Part shown: piece by piece, positions 56,183 to 64,000 of the stretch | Layout: every line of letters begins with the position of its first letter | Position numbering within the stretch: position 1 is the stretch's first letter | Assembly (NCBI GenBank): GCA_945929965.1 | Contig: CAMEOT010000003.1 | Span: forward strand, 6,670 to 70,669 | Reading direction: 5' to 3' | Length of the DNA: 64,000 nucleotides | Source: an uncultured Lachnospiraceae bacterium | Lineage (GTDB): Bacteria > Bacillota > Clostridia > Lachnospirales > Lachnospiraceae | Notes under the pieces: generated by a model | Databases searched by the model: none | Told to the model about the DNA's origin: nothing | The model's input: the letters and a program-made list of their open reading frames with translations, nothing else | Made by a program: the position numbers and the translations under genes

Positions 56183-57311
56183 ACAAATGCTGGAAGAATC
56201 ATTAAAGACAATACATGCAGGAGAGGTAGTCGAAGGTACAGTCATCGATGTGAAACCGGAAGAGATCATTCTGAACATCGGATACAAGTCTGACGGTATT
56301 CTTACCAAGAACGAATACACCAACGACTCCAGCGTGGATCTTACCACGGTTGCCAAGGTTGGTGACACCATGGAAGTTAAGGTTCTGAAAGTAAATGATG
56401 GTGAGGGTCAGGTTCTCCTTACCTACAAGCGTCTTGCTGCAGACAGAGGCAACAAGAGAATCGAAGAAGCATTTAACAATCACGAAGTACTTAAAGCAAC
56501 CGTATCCCAGGTACTGGACGGTGGCTTAAGTGTAATCGTGGACGAAGTAAGAATCTTCATCCCCGCAAGCCTGGTATCCGATACTTATGAGAAGGATCTG
56601 ACCAAGTATGCCGGACAGGAGATCGAATTCGTAATCAGCGAGTACAATCCTAAGAGAAGAAGATACATCGGCGACCGTAAGCAGCTCATCGCAGCTAAGA
56701 AGGCTGAACAGCAGAAGGAACTCTTCGAGAAGATCAAAGAAGGCGACATCGTAGAAGGTGTTGTTAAGAACGTAACCGATTTCGGCGCATTCATCGATCT
56801 GGGCGGAGCAGACGGACTGCTTCACATTTCCGAGATGTCCTGGGGCAGAGTTGAGCATCCCAAGAAGGTCTTCAAGGTTGGCGACAAACTGAAAGTCCTG
56901 ATCAAGGAGATCAACGGCAACAAGATCGCATTGTCCCTTAAATTCGATGACGCTAACCCCTGGAAGAATGCAGCAGATAAGTATGCAGTCGGCAATGTGG
57001 TAACCGGTAAGGTTGCAAGAATGACTGACTTCGGCGCATTCGTAGAGTTAGAGCCCGGTGTGGATGCACTGCTTCATGTATCTCAGATCGCCAAGGAGCA
57101 TATCGAGAAACCCTCCGATGTACTGAGCGTAGGCGATGAAGTAACTGCAAAGGTTGTAGATTTCAATGAGGCAGATCATAAGATTTCCCTGAGCGTTAAG
57201 GCACTGACCGCTCCCGAACCCACTGAGGCAAAGGAAGAGTCTGACGCAGATGTAGTATCTGTAGATATCGACGCTGTAATCGCTGCAGAAGCTGCAGACA
57301 CTGAGGAATAA
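56163..57311 (+). CDS. rpsA: 30S ribosomal protein S1 (four S1 domains)
   Basis: Four S1 repeats of the form G..V.G.V......GA.(I/V).L. ATG 56163 is 9 nt after GAGGAGG, which lies inside the ispH 3' end. Confidence 0.9.
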   Translation: MSELTFEQMLEESLKTIHAGEVVEGTVIDVKPEEIILNIGYKSDGILTKNEYTNDSSVDLTTVAKVGDTMEVKVLKVNDGEGQVLLTYKRLAADRGNKRIEEAFNNHEVLKATVSQVLDGGLSVIVDEVRIFIPASLVSDTYEKDLTKYAGQEIEFVISEYNPKRRRYIGDRKQLIAAKKAEQQKELFEKIKEGDIVEGVVKNVTDFGAFIDLGGADGLLHISEMSWGRVEHPKKVFKVGDKLKVLIKEINGNKIALSLKFDDANPWKNAADKYAVGNVVTGKVARMTDFGAFVELEPGVDALLHVSQIAKEHIEKPSDVLSVGDEVTAKVVDFNEADHKISLSVKALTAPEPTEAKEESDADVVSVDIDAVIAAEAADTEE

Positions 57312-57335
57312 TCAACCGTTAGGTGGTAGATATTC

Positions 57336-58112
57336 GTGATATACGATTATGAGTACTTTAAAAAAGAGATTTATTCTCTGACTACGATCGATCTGAATGC
57401 TTACAAAGAGAAGCAGATGAAGCGGCGTATCGATACTCTGATTGCCAAACATAAGATCGTAGGATATGACAAGTATGTACAGGCACTGAAGACGGATAAA
57501 GTACTATTCGAGGAATTCGTGGGATATATTACGATTAATGTCTCGGAATTCTATCGTAATCCGGAACAGTGGAAATATCTGGAAGACACCGTGATCCCGG
57601 AATTGATCCAGCGCTTTGGTAAGAATCTTAAGATCTGGAGTGCTGCCTGTTCCACAGGGGATGAGCCTTACTCACTGGTAATGGCTCTGTCACGGCACAT
57701 TCCGTTGCAGCAGATTCACATCTATGCTACCGATCTGGACAAGCAGGTCATTGCGAAGGCAAAGGCCGGTCTGTACGGTGAGAAGAGCATAGAAGGAGTG
57801 CCGGAAGATCTGAAGAAGAAATATTTCACGAAGATCGGTCCTTCTTATAAGATAGCAGATGAGATTAAAGCGAGAGTGGATTTTCACCAGCATAATTTAC
57901 TGAAGGATACGTATCCTACCGATTGTGATCTGATCGTGTGCAGAAATGTACTGATCTACTTTACGGAAGAAGCAAAGGATCAGATATTCCGGAAGTACTA
58001 CCATTCCCTGGCGAAGGGCGGCATGCTGTTTATCGGAAGTACGGAACAGATTATGAATTATCGTGAGATTGGTTTTGACAGAAAGAGTTCTTTCTATTAT
58101 GTAAAACCTTGA
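57336..58112 (+). CDS. cheR: CheR-type protein-glutamate O-methyltransferase
   Basis: INVSEFYRNPEQW and the SAM-binding motif IWSAACSTGDEPYSL, plus DLIVCRNVLIYF. GTG start with AGGTGG upstream. Confidence 0.85.
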   Translation: MIYDYEYFKKEIYSLTTIDLNAYKEKQMKRRIDTLIAKHKIVGYDKYVQALKTDKVLFEEFVGYITINVSEFYRNPEQWKYLEDTVIPELIQRFGKNLKIWSAACSTGDEPYSLVMALSRHIPLQQIHIYATDLDKQVIAKAKAGLYGEKSIEGVPEDLKKKYFTKIGPSYKIADEIKARVDFHQHNLLKDTYPTDCDLIVCRNVLIYFTEEAKDQIFRKYYHSLAKGGMLFIGSTEQIMNYREIGFDRKSSFYYVKP

Positions 58113-58120
58113 TAACAAAC

Positions 58121-58158
58121 AAAGAGGAAAGCGGATTCGGATTCGCTTTCCTCTTTTT
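58121..58158. terminator. Bidirectional terminator between convergent genes
   Basis: A perfect 13-bp stem, AAAGAGGAAAGCG (58121-58133) pairing with CGCTTTCCTCTTT (58144-58156), with T-rich flanks on both strands. Confidence 0.8.
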
Positions 58159-58174
58159 GGCTGACAAATTTATT

Positions 58175-59281
58175 TTAGTAAGTAGATGCGATCATGGACA
58201 GAACATGGTTGGCATACTGCGTAAAACCTTCTCTGTTTTTCTTCATCTCATCGGTTAACTCGAAGAACAATTCTTTGCTCTTATAATCTCTCTTAAAGAA
58301 AGGAGTAAATAAGATATCCCATTGCGGCAGATAGCAGGAGAACTTCCTGGTATAGCAATTTGCTGCCGAGGCCTGGATCCTATGCTCCTTATCGACGAAA
58401 CCGGCAACGGATTTATGCAGTGCTACATCCTCTGTGGGAAGATAATAGTAATCCGTGTAATTGGAATAGAAATATTTCAGCTCTTCCTCATAGATCGGTA
58501 CTTTTAAGGTAGCATTGTCTCCTTCGCCGCGGAAGTAGCAGTTCGCAGCGGATGCAGTTATGGGCTTGGGCAGAGGAGTGGGGAGCTGCAGAGTGATCAG
58601 CAGCTCTTTGCGCTTGGAACCGTTCACGTCTTTATAGTAATTTGCCTGTACCTTCTTAGCCTTTACACTGTTTTCGTTGAACAGATCGTAATATGCCAGG
58701 ATCGGAAGAACCTCTAACATCCCCTTTAAATCATCTGCATTATGTAAGAACAATGCCTTTTCGGTGAACTCCGAAGGATTCTTCACGTAATCATGGTACA
58801 GACCGATCAGTTCACCACCGGAGAAGACATCGGTACGGGCAATCCCCAGATATTGTTCCAGGGTTTTCTGCTTACAGTTTGGAAGCTTTAAAAAGAACTT
58901 ATAGGGAGAGATCCTGCGGTAAATATCGATTCCCCGGAATCCTTCAAAGGAGAAGGGAAGCTTTAGCTGTGTACACTTTTGCGTAATAAAAGGAAGATCA
59001 AAATTATTACCGTTAAAATGTACGAGATAGCGGTAATCTCTGGAAAAATCAAAGAAAGCGGTGAGAATCTCACCTTCTTTTGAATAATCCTCTGCCATCC
59101 ACTGGATGGTATGCCATTTGCCTGCCTGATAATAGGCACAGCCTATCATATATAAATAAGAAGTACGGGAAGTGAAGCCTGTGGTCTCAATATCGAGAAA
59201 AAGTATCTGTTCCAGAGGCGCCAGCTTATCCAGGGGATAGGAGATCGCGAAATCCTCCAGAGTCTCTTCTGATTTTTTCAT
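58175..59281 (-). CDS. RNase H-like / DEDD-exonuclease-fold domain protein (YprB-like)
   Basis: ILFLDIETTGF is an exo I-type motif, followed by VHFNGNNFDLPF and HNADDLKGM. 368 aa. Confidence 0.7.
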   Translation of the reverse strand: MKKSEETLEDFAISYPLDKLAPLEQILFLDIETTGFTSRTSYLYMIGCAYYQAGKWHTIQWMAEDYSKEGEILTAFFDFSRDYRYLVHFNGNNFDLPFITQKCTQLKLPFSFEGFRGIDIYRRISPYKFFLKLPNCKQKTLEQYLGIARTDVFSGGELIGLYHDYVKNPSEFTEKALFLHNADDLKGMLEVLPILAYYDLFNENSVKAKKVQANYYKDVNGSKRKELLITLQLPTPLPKPITASAANCYFRGEGDNATLKVPIYEEELKYFYSNYTDYYYLPTEDVALHKSVAGFVDKEHRIQASAANCYTRKFSCYLPQWDILFTPFFKRDYKSKELFFELTDEMKKNREGFTQYANHVLSMIASTY

Positions 59282-59407
59282 GTATGACCTCTTTCTGCCG
59301 CGTGGGCGGCAACTTAATAAAAGCTTGTGTTACCTGCAAGCAGTCACACAGACTTTCTATGGGTGAATTTATTTTACCATAAATTAAGAATTTGCAGTAG
59401 CATTTTG

Positions 59408-59455
59408 TTGATAAAAGTTGATAAAAATTGATAAAAATAGTACAATTATCATAAT
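59408..59455 (+). promoter_or_regulatory. rnf promoter region with three tandem TTGATAAAA decamers
   Basis: TTGATA occurs at 59408, 59418 and 59428 (10-bp period). TACAAT (59441-59446) is 17 nt from copy 2, and CATAAT (59450-59455) is 16 nt from copy 3. Confidence 0.45.
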
Positions 59456-59498
59456 GCAATTTGAAATACAAGTAACTATTTAGAAAGGATGTTAGGAA

Positions 59499-60818
59499 AT
59501 GGCAAAGTTGACATTTGTAGGCGGAATACATCCCTATGATGGAAAAGATCTGTCCAAGGACAAACCGATCCAGGATGTCCTGCCCAAGGGAGAAATGGTC
59601 TATCCTCTGTCACAGCATATCGGTGCTCCTGCAAAGCCTATTGTGGCAAAGGGAGACAGAGTGCTGGCGGGACAGAAGATCGCGGAGAGCGGCGGCTTCG
59701 TGTCGGCACCCATCTATGCATCTGTGTCGGGTACGGTGAAAGCCATTGAGACGAGGCGTGTGGTAACGGGTGATCTGATACAGAGTATTGTAATTGACAA
59801 TGACGGTCTGTATGAGAGCGAAGAATTTCATCCTTATGCACCGGTGGATAAGTTGCAGAAGGAAGAGATCATCGATATTGTGAAGGAAGCCGGAATCGTA
59901 GGTATGGGTGGTGCCGGATTCCCTACCCATGTAAAACTATCACCGAAAGATCCTGATAAAATTGAATATGTAATCGCCAACTGTGCGGAATGTGAGCCTT
60001 ATCTGACTTCCGATTACCGCAGAATGATGGAAGAACCGGACAAGCTGATCGGCGGTCTGAAGATCATGCTGAAGCTGTTCGACAATGCCCACGGTATTCT
60101 GGCGGTGGAAGATAATAAACCGGATTGCATTTCACTGCTGAAGCAGCTGACAAAAAACGATCCGCAGATCACAGTCAAGGCATTGAAGACGAAGTATCCC
60201 CAGGGTGCAGAGCGTCAGTTGATCTATGCCACAACAGGGCGTAAGATCAATTCCTCCATGCTTCCTGCGGATGTGGGATGTATTGTAGACAATGTGGATA
60301 CCGTAGTGGCTATCTACAGAGCTGTGACGGAAGGACGTCCCTTGATGGAACGTATTATAACCGTTACCGGTGATGCTGTGGCGAATCCCCGTAACTTCCG
60401 TGTACCCATCGGCATGAGCTATCAGGAACTGTTGGATGTGGCAGGAGGATTTAAACAGCAGCCGGAGAAGATCATCTGCGGTGGACCTATGATGGGATTT
60501 GGTATGTTTGATCTCAATGTCCCTACGACCAAGACATCCACAGCGCTGCTGGCGCTGACCCGGGATGATGTATCTGCTATGGAGCCCAGCCCCTGCATCA
60601 ACTGCGGACGCTGTGTAGAAGCATGCCCCGGTCGTATTGTGCCCAGTCTCCTGGCAACTTATGCAGAGCATTTTGATGAAGAAGCATTCGTAGAACATAA
60701 CGGCATGGAATGTTGTGAGTGTGGCTGCTGTAGTTTTGTATGCCCTGCAAAGCGTCCTCTGACGCAGGAGATCAAATCCATGCGTAAGATCCAACTCGCC
60801 AAAAAGAAAAAGAAGTAG
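59499..60818 (+). CDS. rnfC: Rnf electron transport complex subunit C
   Basis: GMGGAGFPTHVKL and two ferredoxin motifs, CINCGRCVEACP and CCECGCCSFVCP. Confidence 0.95.
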   Translation: MAKLTFVGGIHPYDGKDLSKDKPIQDVLPKGEMVYPLSQHIGAPAKPIVAKGDRVLAGQKIAESGGFVSAPIYASVSGTVKAIETRRVVTGDLIQSIVIDNDGLYESEEFHPYAPVDKLQKEEIIDIVKEAGIVGMGGAGFPTHVKLSPKDPDKIEYVIANCAECEPYLTSDYRRMMEEPDKLIGGLKIMLKLFDNAHGILAVEDNKPDCISLLKQLTKNDPQITVKALKTKYPQGAERQLIYATTGRKINSSMLPADVGCIVDNVDTVVAIYRAVTEGRPLMERIITVTGDAVANPRNFRVPIGMSYQELLDVAGGFKQQPEKIICGGPMMGFGMFDLNVPTTKTSTALLALTRDDVSAMEPSPCINCGRCVEACPGRIVPSLLATYAEHFDEEAFVEHNGMECCECGCCSFVCPAKRPLTQEIKSMRKIQLAKKKKK

Positions 60819-60830
60819 GAGGGAAGAACA

Positions 60831-61772
60831 TTGAGCGGACTTTTGAAAGTATCTTCAAATCCTCATATAAGGTCAAAAGTAACGACCAGCAGTATTATGA
60901 CAGCTGTGGTGATCGCACTGCTGCCTGCTGCCGGTTTCGGAATCTATAACTTCGGTCCCAGAGCACTGGCAGTGATGGCTGTGACCATTGCAAGCACAGT
61001 CCTGACAGAATTGTTATTTGGCTGGCTCTGGAAGAAAAAAATTACCATTACCGATATGTCTGCGGTAGTAACGGGACTTTTACTGGCACTGAACCTGCCG
61101 GTGAGCATTCCGCTGTGGATGGCGGCTTTGGGTGGTGTGTTTGCAATTCTGGTAGTAAAAATGCTGTTCGGTGGTCTGGGACAGAATTTCATGAACCCGG
61201 CACTGGCAGCCAGATGTTTTCTGCTGATCTCTTTCCCGTCACAGATGACGGATTTTACCTGTGATGCTTATACCGGAGCGACGCCGTTAGCAGCACTGAA
61301 GGCAGGAGAGAGCGTCAATGTCATGAACATGATCGTAGGTAAGACTGCCGGTACCATCGGTGAGACTTCCATGATTGCGTTGCTAATCGGTGCATGTTTC
61401 CTGATTCTGATCGGTGTGATTGACCTTCGGATTCCCGGCACATATATTGTTACCGTGATCCTGTTTGCCGGAATTTTTGGCGGACATGGATTTGATCCTG
61501 CATATCTGTCTGCACAGCTTGCCGGCGGTGGTCTGATCCTGGGAGCTTTCTTCATGGCAACGGATTATGTGACCAGACCCATTACCATCAAAGGACAGTA
61601 TGTATACGGCATTGTTCTGGGACTTCTCACCGGAATCTTCCGTATCTTCGGACCGGGCGCGGAAGGCGTATCCTATGCGATTATTTTAGGTAACCTTTTA
61701 GTACCTCTGATTGAAAAATTCACCATGCCGACAGCTTTTGGCAGAAAGGCAGGTGCGAGACGTGAAAAATAA
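60831..61772 (+). CDS. rnfD: Rnf complex subunit D
   Basis: A polytopic NqrB/RnfD-type protein with the FMN-attachment context YTGATPLAALK. The TTG start is 8 nt after AGGAGGG. Confidence 0.93.
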   Translation: MSGLLKVSSNPHIRSKVTTSSIMTAVVIALLPAAGFGIYNFGPRALAVMAVTIASTVLTELLFGWLWKKKITITDMSAVVTGLLLALNLPVSIPLWMAALGGVFAILVVKMLFGGLGQNFMNPALAARCFLLISFPSQMTDFTCDAYTGATPLAALKAGESVNVMNMIVGKTAGTIGETSMIALLIGACFLILIGVIDLRIPGTYIVTVILFAGIFGGHGFDPAYLSAQLAGGGLILGAFFMATDYVTRPITIKGQYVYGIVLGLLTGIFRIFGPGAEGVSYAIILGNLLVPLIEKFTMPTAFGRKAGARREK

Positions 61773-62388
61773 TAAAGATATTCAGACAATGTTAAAAGAA
61801 GCGGGCATTTTGTTCGCAATCACTCTGATTGCGGGGCTGTTGCTTGGTTTTGTCTATGAACTGACCAAGGAACCCATCCGTCTGCAGGAGGAAAAGGCAG
61901 TGCAGGAAGCCTGCCAGGCAGTTTTTGCGGATGCGGAAAGTTTTGAAGAACTGGATGCTTATACGCCTTCCGCGGATACTGCACAGAAGTTATCCGATAC
62001 CGGAATTACCATCGGTACGGTCTATGAGGCACAGGATGCTTCCGGAGCACAGTTGGGTTACGTGATCCAGACAACAACTTCCGAAGGTTACGGCGGTAAT
62101 ATCGTGTTGTACGTAGGTATCCGTCTGGACGGAACGGTCAATGACATTTCCATCCTAAGCATCTCCGAGACTCCGGGACTTGGTATGAAAGCCGGCGATG
62201 TGCTGGTACCGCAGTTCCATAATAAGAATGTGAAGAGCTTTACTTATACGAAGACCGGCTCTGCCTCCGACAGCGAGATCGATGCCATCAGCGGAGCGAC
62301 CATCACAACGAAGGCCGTAACAAATGCTGTGAACGGCAGCCTTCTGGTATTTACTGATTATGTACAGGGAGGTGCAGGCAATGAATAA
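61762..62388 (+). CDS. rnfG: Rnf complex subunit G
   Basis: An N-terminal TM helix and the FMN-binding motif ISGATITTKAV. The start is uncertain: GTG 61762 or ATG 61789, while the track gives 61711. Confidence 0.88.
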   Translation: MKNNKDIQTMLKEAGILFAITLIAGLLLGFVYELTKEPIRLQEEKAVQEACQAVFADAESFEELDAYTPSADTAQKLSDTGITIGTVYEAQDASGAQLGYVIQTTTSEGYGGNIVLYVGIRLDGTVNDISILSISETPGLGMKAGDVLVPQFHNKNVKSFTYTKTGSASDSEIDAISGATITTKAVTNAVNGSLLVFTDYVQGGAGNE

Positions 62389-63178
62389 AGCGGGAGAAAG
62401 ACTTTATAACGGTATTATAAAAGAGAACCCTACCTTTGTACTGATGCTTGGAATGTGTCCTACACTGGCGGTTACCACATCTGCTATGAACGGACTGGGC
62501 ATGGGACTGACCACAGCTGTGGTGCTTACCATGAGTAATCTGATCATTTCCCTGCTCAGAAAAGTGATCCCCAGCAGAGTAAGAATTCCTGCGTTTATCG
62601 TGATCATTGCATCTTTCGTAACTGCAGTACAGCTGCTGTTACAGGCATATCTGCCGTCACTGAACGATGCCCTGGGCGTGTACATTCCACTGATCGTGGT
62701 AAACTGTATCATTTTAGGAAGAGCGGAGAGCTATGCATATTCCAATCCTCCCATCCCGTCATTGTTTGACGGACTGGGCATGGGGCTTGGATTCTCCCTG
62801 GCGCTGACCTGTATCGGTGCGGTGAGAGAGATCCTGGCGGCGGGATCCGTCTTTGGATTTCAGATCATGCCGGATTCTTATGTGACCATCAATATTTTCG
62901 GGCTGGCACCCGGTGCGTTCTTCGTACTGGCTGCACTGACAGCACTGCAGAACTATGTGAAGAATAAGAGAAAACTGGCAGGAAAAGATTACGAGAAGAT
63001 TCAGTCCGGCTGCGGACATGACTGTCTGCACTGCGGCGAAAGCGGCTGCTCGGAGCGGTTCTATGATACGACAGAGAATGCCGGACAGACAGCAGGATCT
63101 GCAGTATCAGAGATGCAAAAAGCAAAGGCTGCGGCAGATGCACTGGAAACGATAGATTTAGATAAGGAGGACAAATAA
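62381..63178 (+). CDS. rnfE: Rnf complex subunit E with a Cys-rich C-terminal extension
   Basis: GIIKENPTFVLMLGMCPTLAVT is typical of RnfE/NqrD. ATG 62381 is 9 nt after GGGAGG. There is an extra tail of about 60 aa. Confidence 0.9.
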   Translation: MNKAGERLYNGIIKENPTFVLMLGMCPTLAVTTSAMNGLGMGLTTAVVLTMSNLIISLLRKVIPSRVRIPAFIVIIASFVTAVQLLLQAYLPSLNDALGVYIPLIVVNCIILGRAESYAYSNPPIPSLFDGLGMGLGFSLALTCIGAVREILAAGSVFGFQIMPDSYVTINIFGLAPGAFFVLAALTALQNYVKNKRKLAGKDYEKIQSGCGHDCLHCGESGCSERFYDTTENAGQTAGSAVSEMQKAKAAADALETIDLDKEDK

Positions 63179-63763
63179 ATGGATAGTGTTAAAGATATGC
63201 TTCTGTTACTGATCAGTTCCTCCATTGTCAGCAATATCGTCTTAAGCCAGTTCATGGGACTTTGTCCTTTCCTCGGGGTATCCCGTAAGATCAAGACGGC
63301 AGGCGGTATGGGCACGGCGGTTATTTTCGTCATTACCCTTGCGAGTGCGGTGGCTGGTGTGATCTATAAGTTCATTTTACAGCCGTTACACATTGAGTAC
63401 TTAGAGACCATTGTATTCATTCTTGTCATTGCGGCGCTGGTACAGTTCGTGGAAATGTTCCTGAAAAAGGCAATGCCTTCTCTGTATCAGGCACTGGGCG
63501 TATATCTTCCTCTGATCACTACCAACTGTGCGGTCTTAGGTGTTGCTATTACCAATGTACAGAAGGAATACGGTATTTTAACCGGTATTGTGAACGGTTT
63601 CGCCACAGCACTTGGTTTTACCATTGCCATCGTGATCTTAGCGGGACTGCGTGAGAAGATGGAATACAATGAAGTTCCGGAATCCTTCAAGGGAATGCCT
63701 ATGGTTCTGCTGACAGCAGGACTGATGGCAATTGCTTTCTGCGGATTCTCCGGTCTGATTTAG
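63179..63763 (+). CDS. rnfA: Rnf complex subunit A
   Basis: 194 aa, RnfA/NqrE-type (NIVLSQFMGLCPFLGVS, ITTNCAVLGV). Confidence 0.93.
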   Translation: MDSVKDMLLLLISSSIVSNIVLSQFMGLCPFLGVSRKIKTAGGMGTAVIFVITLASAVAGVIYKFILQPLHIEYLETIVFILVIAALVQFVEMFLKKAMPSLYQALGVYLPLITTNCAVLGVAITNVQKEYGILTGIVNGFATALGFTIAIVILAGLREKMEYNEVPESFKGMPMVLLTAGLMAIAFCGFSGLI

Positions 63764-63781
63764 GAAGGGAGTAACTTAAAG

Positions 63782-64000
63782 ATGAGTATAACAGGAATTC
63801 TGATTGCTGCGGCATGTGTCGGAATCGTCGGCATCTTTGTGGGACTGTTCCTCGGCGTGGCCGGTATTAAATTCAAAGTAGAAGTAGATGAGAAGGAGGA
63901 GGCGGTGCTTGCCGCCCTTCCCGGTAATAACTGCGGTGGCTGTGGATTTGCCGGATGTTCCGGACTGGCAGCTGCCATTGCAAAAGGAGAGGCTTCGGTC
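63782..64000 (+). CDS. rnfB: Rnf complex subunit B, N-terminal fragment (continues beyond window)
   Basis: An N-terminal TM helix followed by LPGNNCGGCGFAGCSGLA. The ORF is open to the window end. Confidence 0.85.
   Translation, partial: MSITGILIAAACVGIVGIFVGLFLGVAGIKFKVEVDEKEEAVLAALPGNNCGGCGFAGCSGLAAAIAKGEASV

Overview
The window is a chromosomal segment of a Clostridia-type Firmicute. That assignment is inferred from gene content and synteny: era-yqzL-recO, scpA-scpB-dacB, cmk-ispH-rpsA, rnfCDGEAB, and Gram-positive type IV pilus genes. I support about 52 protein-coding genes, almost all on the + strand, and found no rRNA, tRNA, CRISPR array, transposase or integrase.

Gene layout:
- 1-13303: the distal part of a type IV pilus operon. 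PilN/PilO-like genes are followed by four oversized pilin-like proteins and a 1769-aa Sec-exported protein.
- 13304-14240: an AT-rich spacer with two small paralogous ORFs.
- 14250-16631: two PLP-dependent C-S lyases.
- 16632-18871: an AT-rich accessory wedge containing a coiled-coil mini-protein, a 15-bp tandem repeat, a PD-(D/E)XK-like gene with no SD-supported ATG/GTG/TTG start, and 49-bp tandem repeats.
- 18872-23125 (- strand): a fused double-activase/dehydratase-like protein of about 1417 aa.
- 23399-46078: a rhomboid-like protein, a degenerate sigma-70-like protein, and housekeeping genes (M16 peptidase, era, recO, glyQS, alaS, a sodium symporter, rpsU, two DD-carboxypeptidases, scpAB).
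- 46261-51549: a sodium-pump decarboxylase operon with two different carboxyltransferases.
- 51760-64000: regulators, cmk-ispH-rpsA, an orphan cheR, and the rnf operon, which is cut at the window end.

The most unusual parts are the pilus tip/adhesin module, the accessory wedge, the sigma-like gene pair, and the dual-carboxyltransferase pump operon. All family assignments come from motifs read by eye. No database search was possible.
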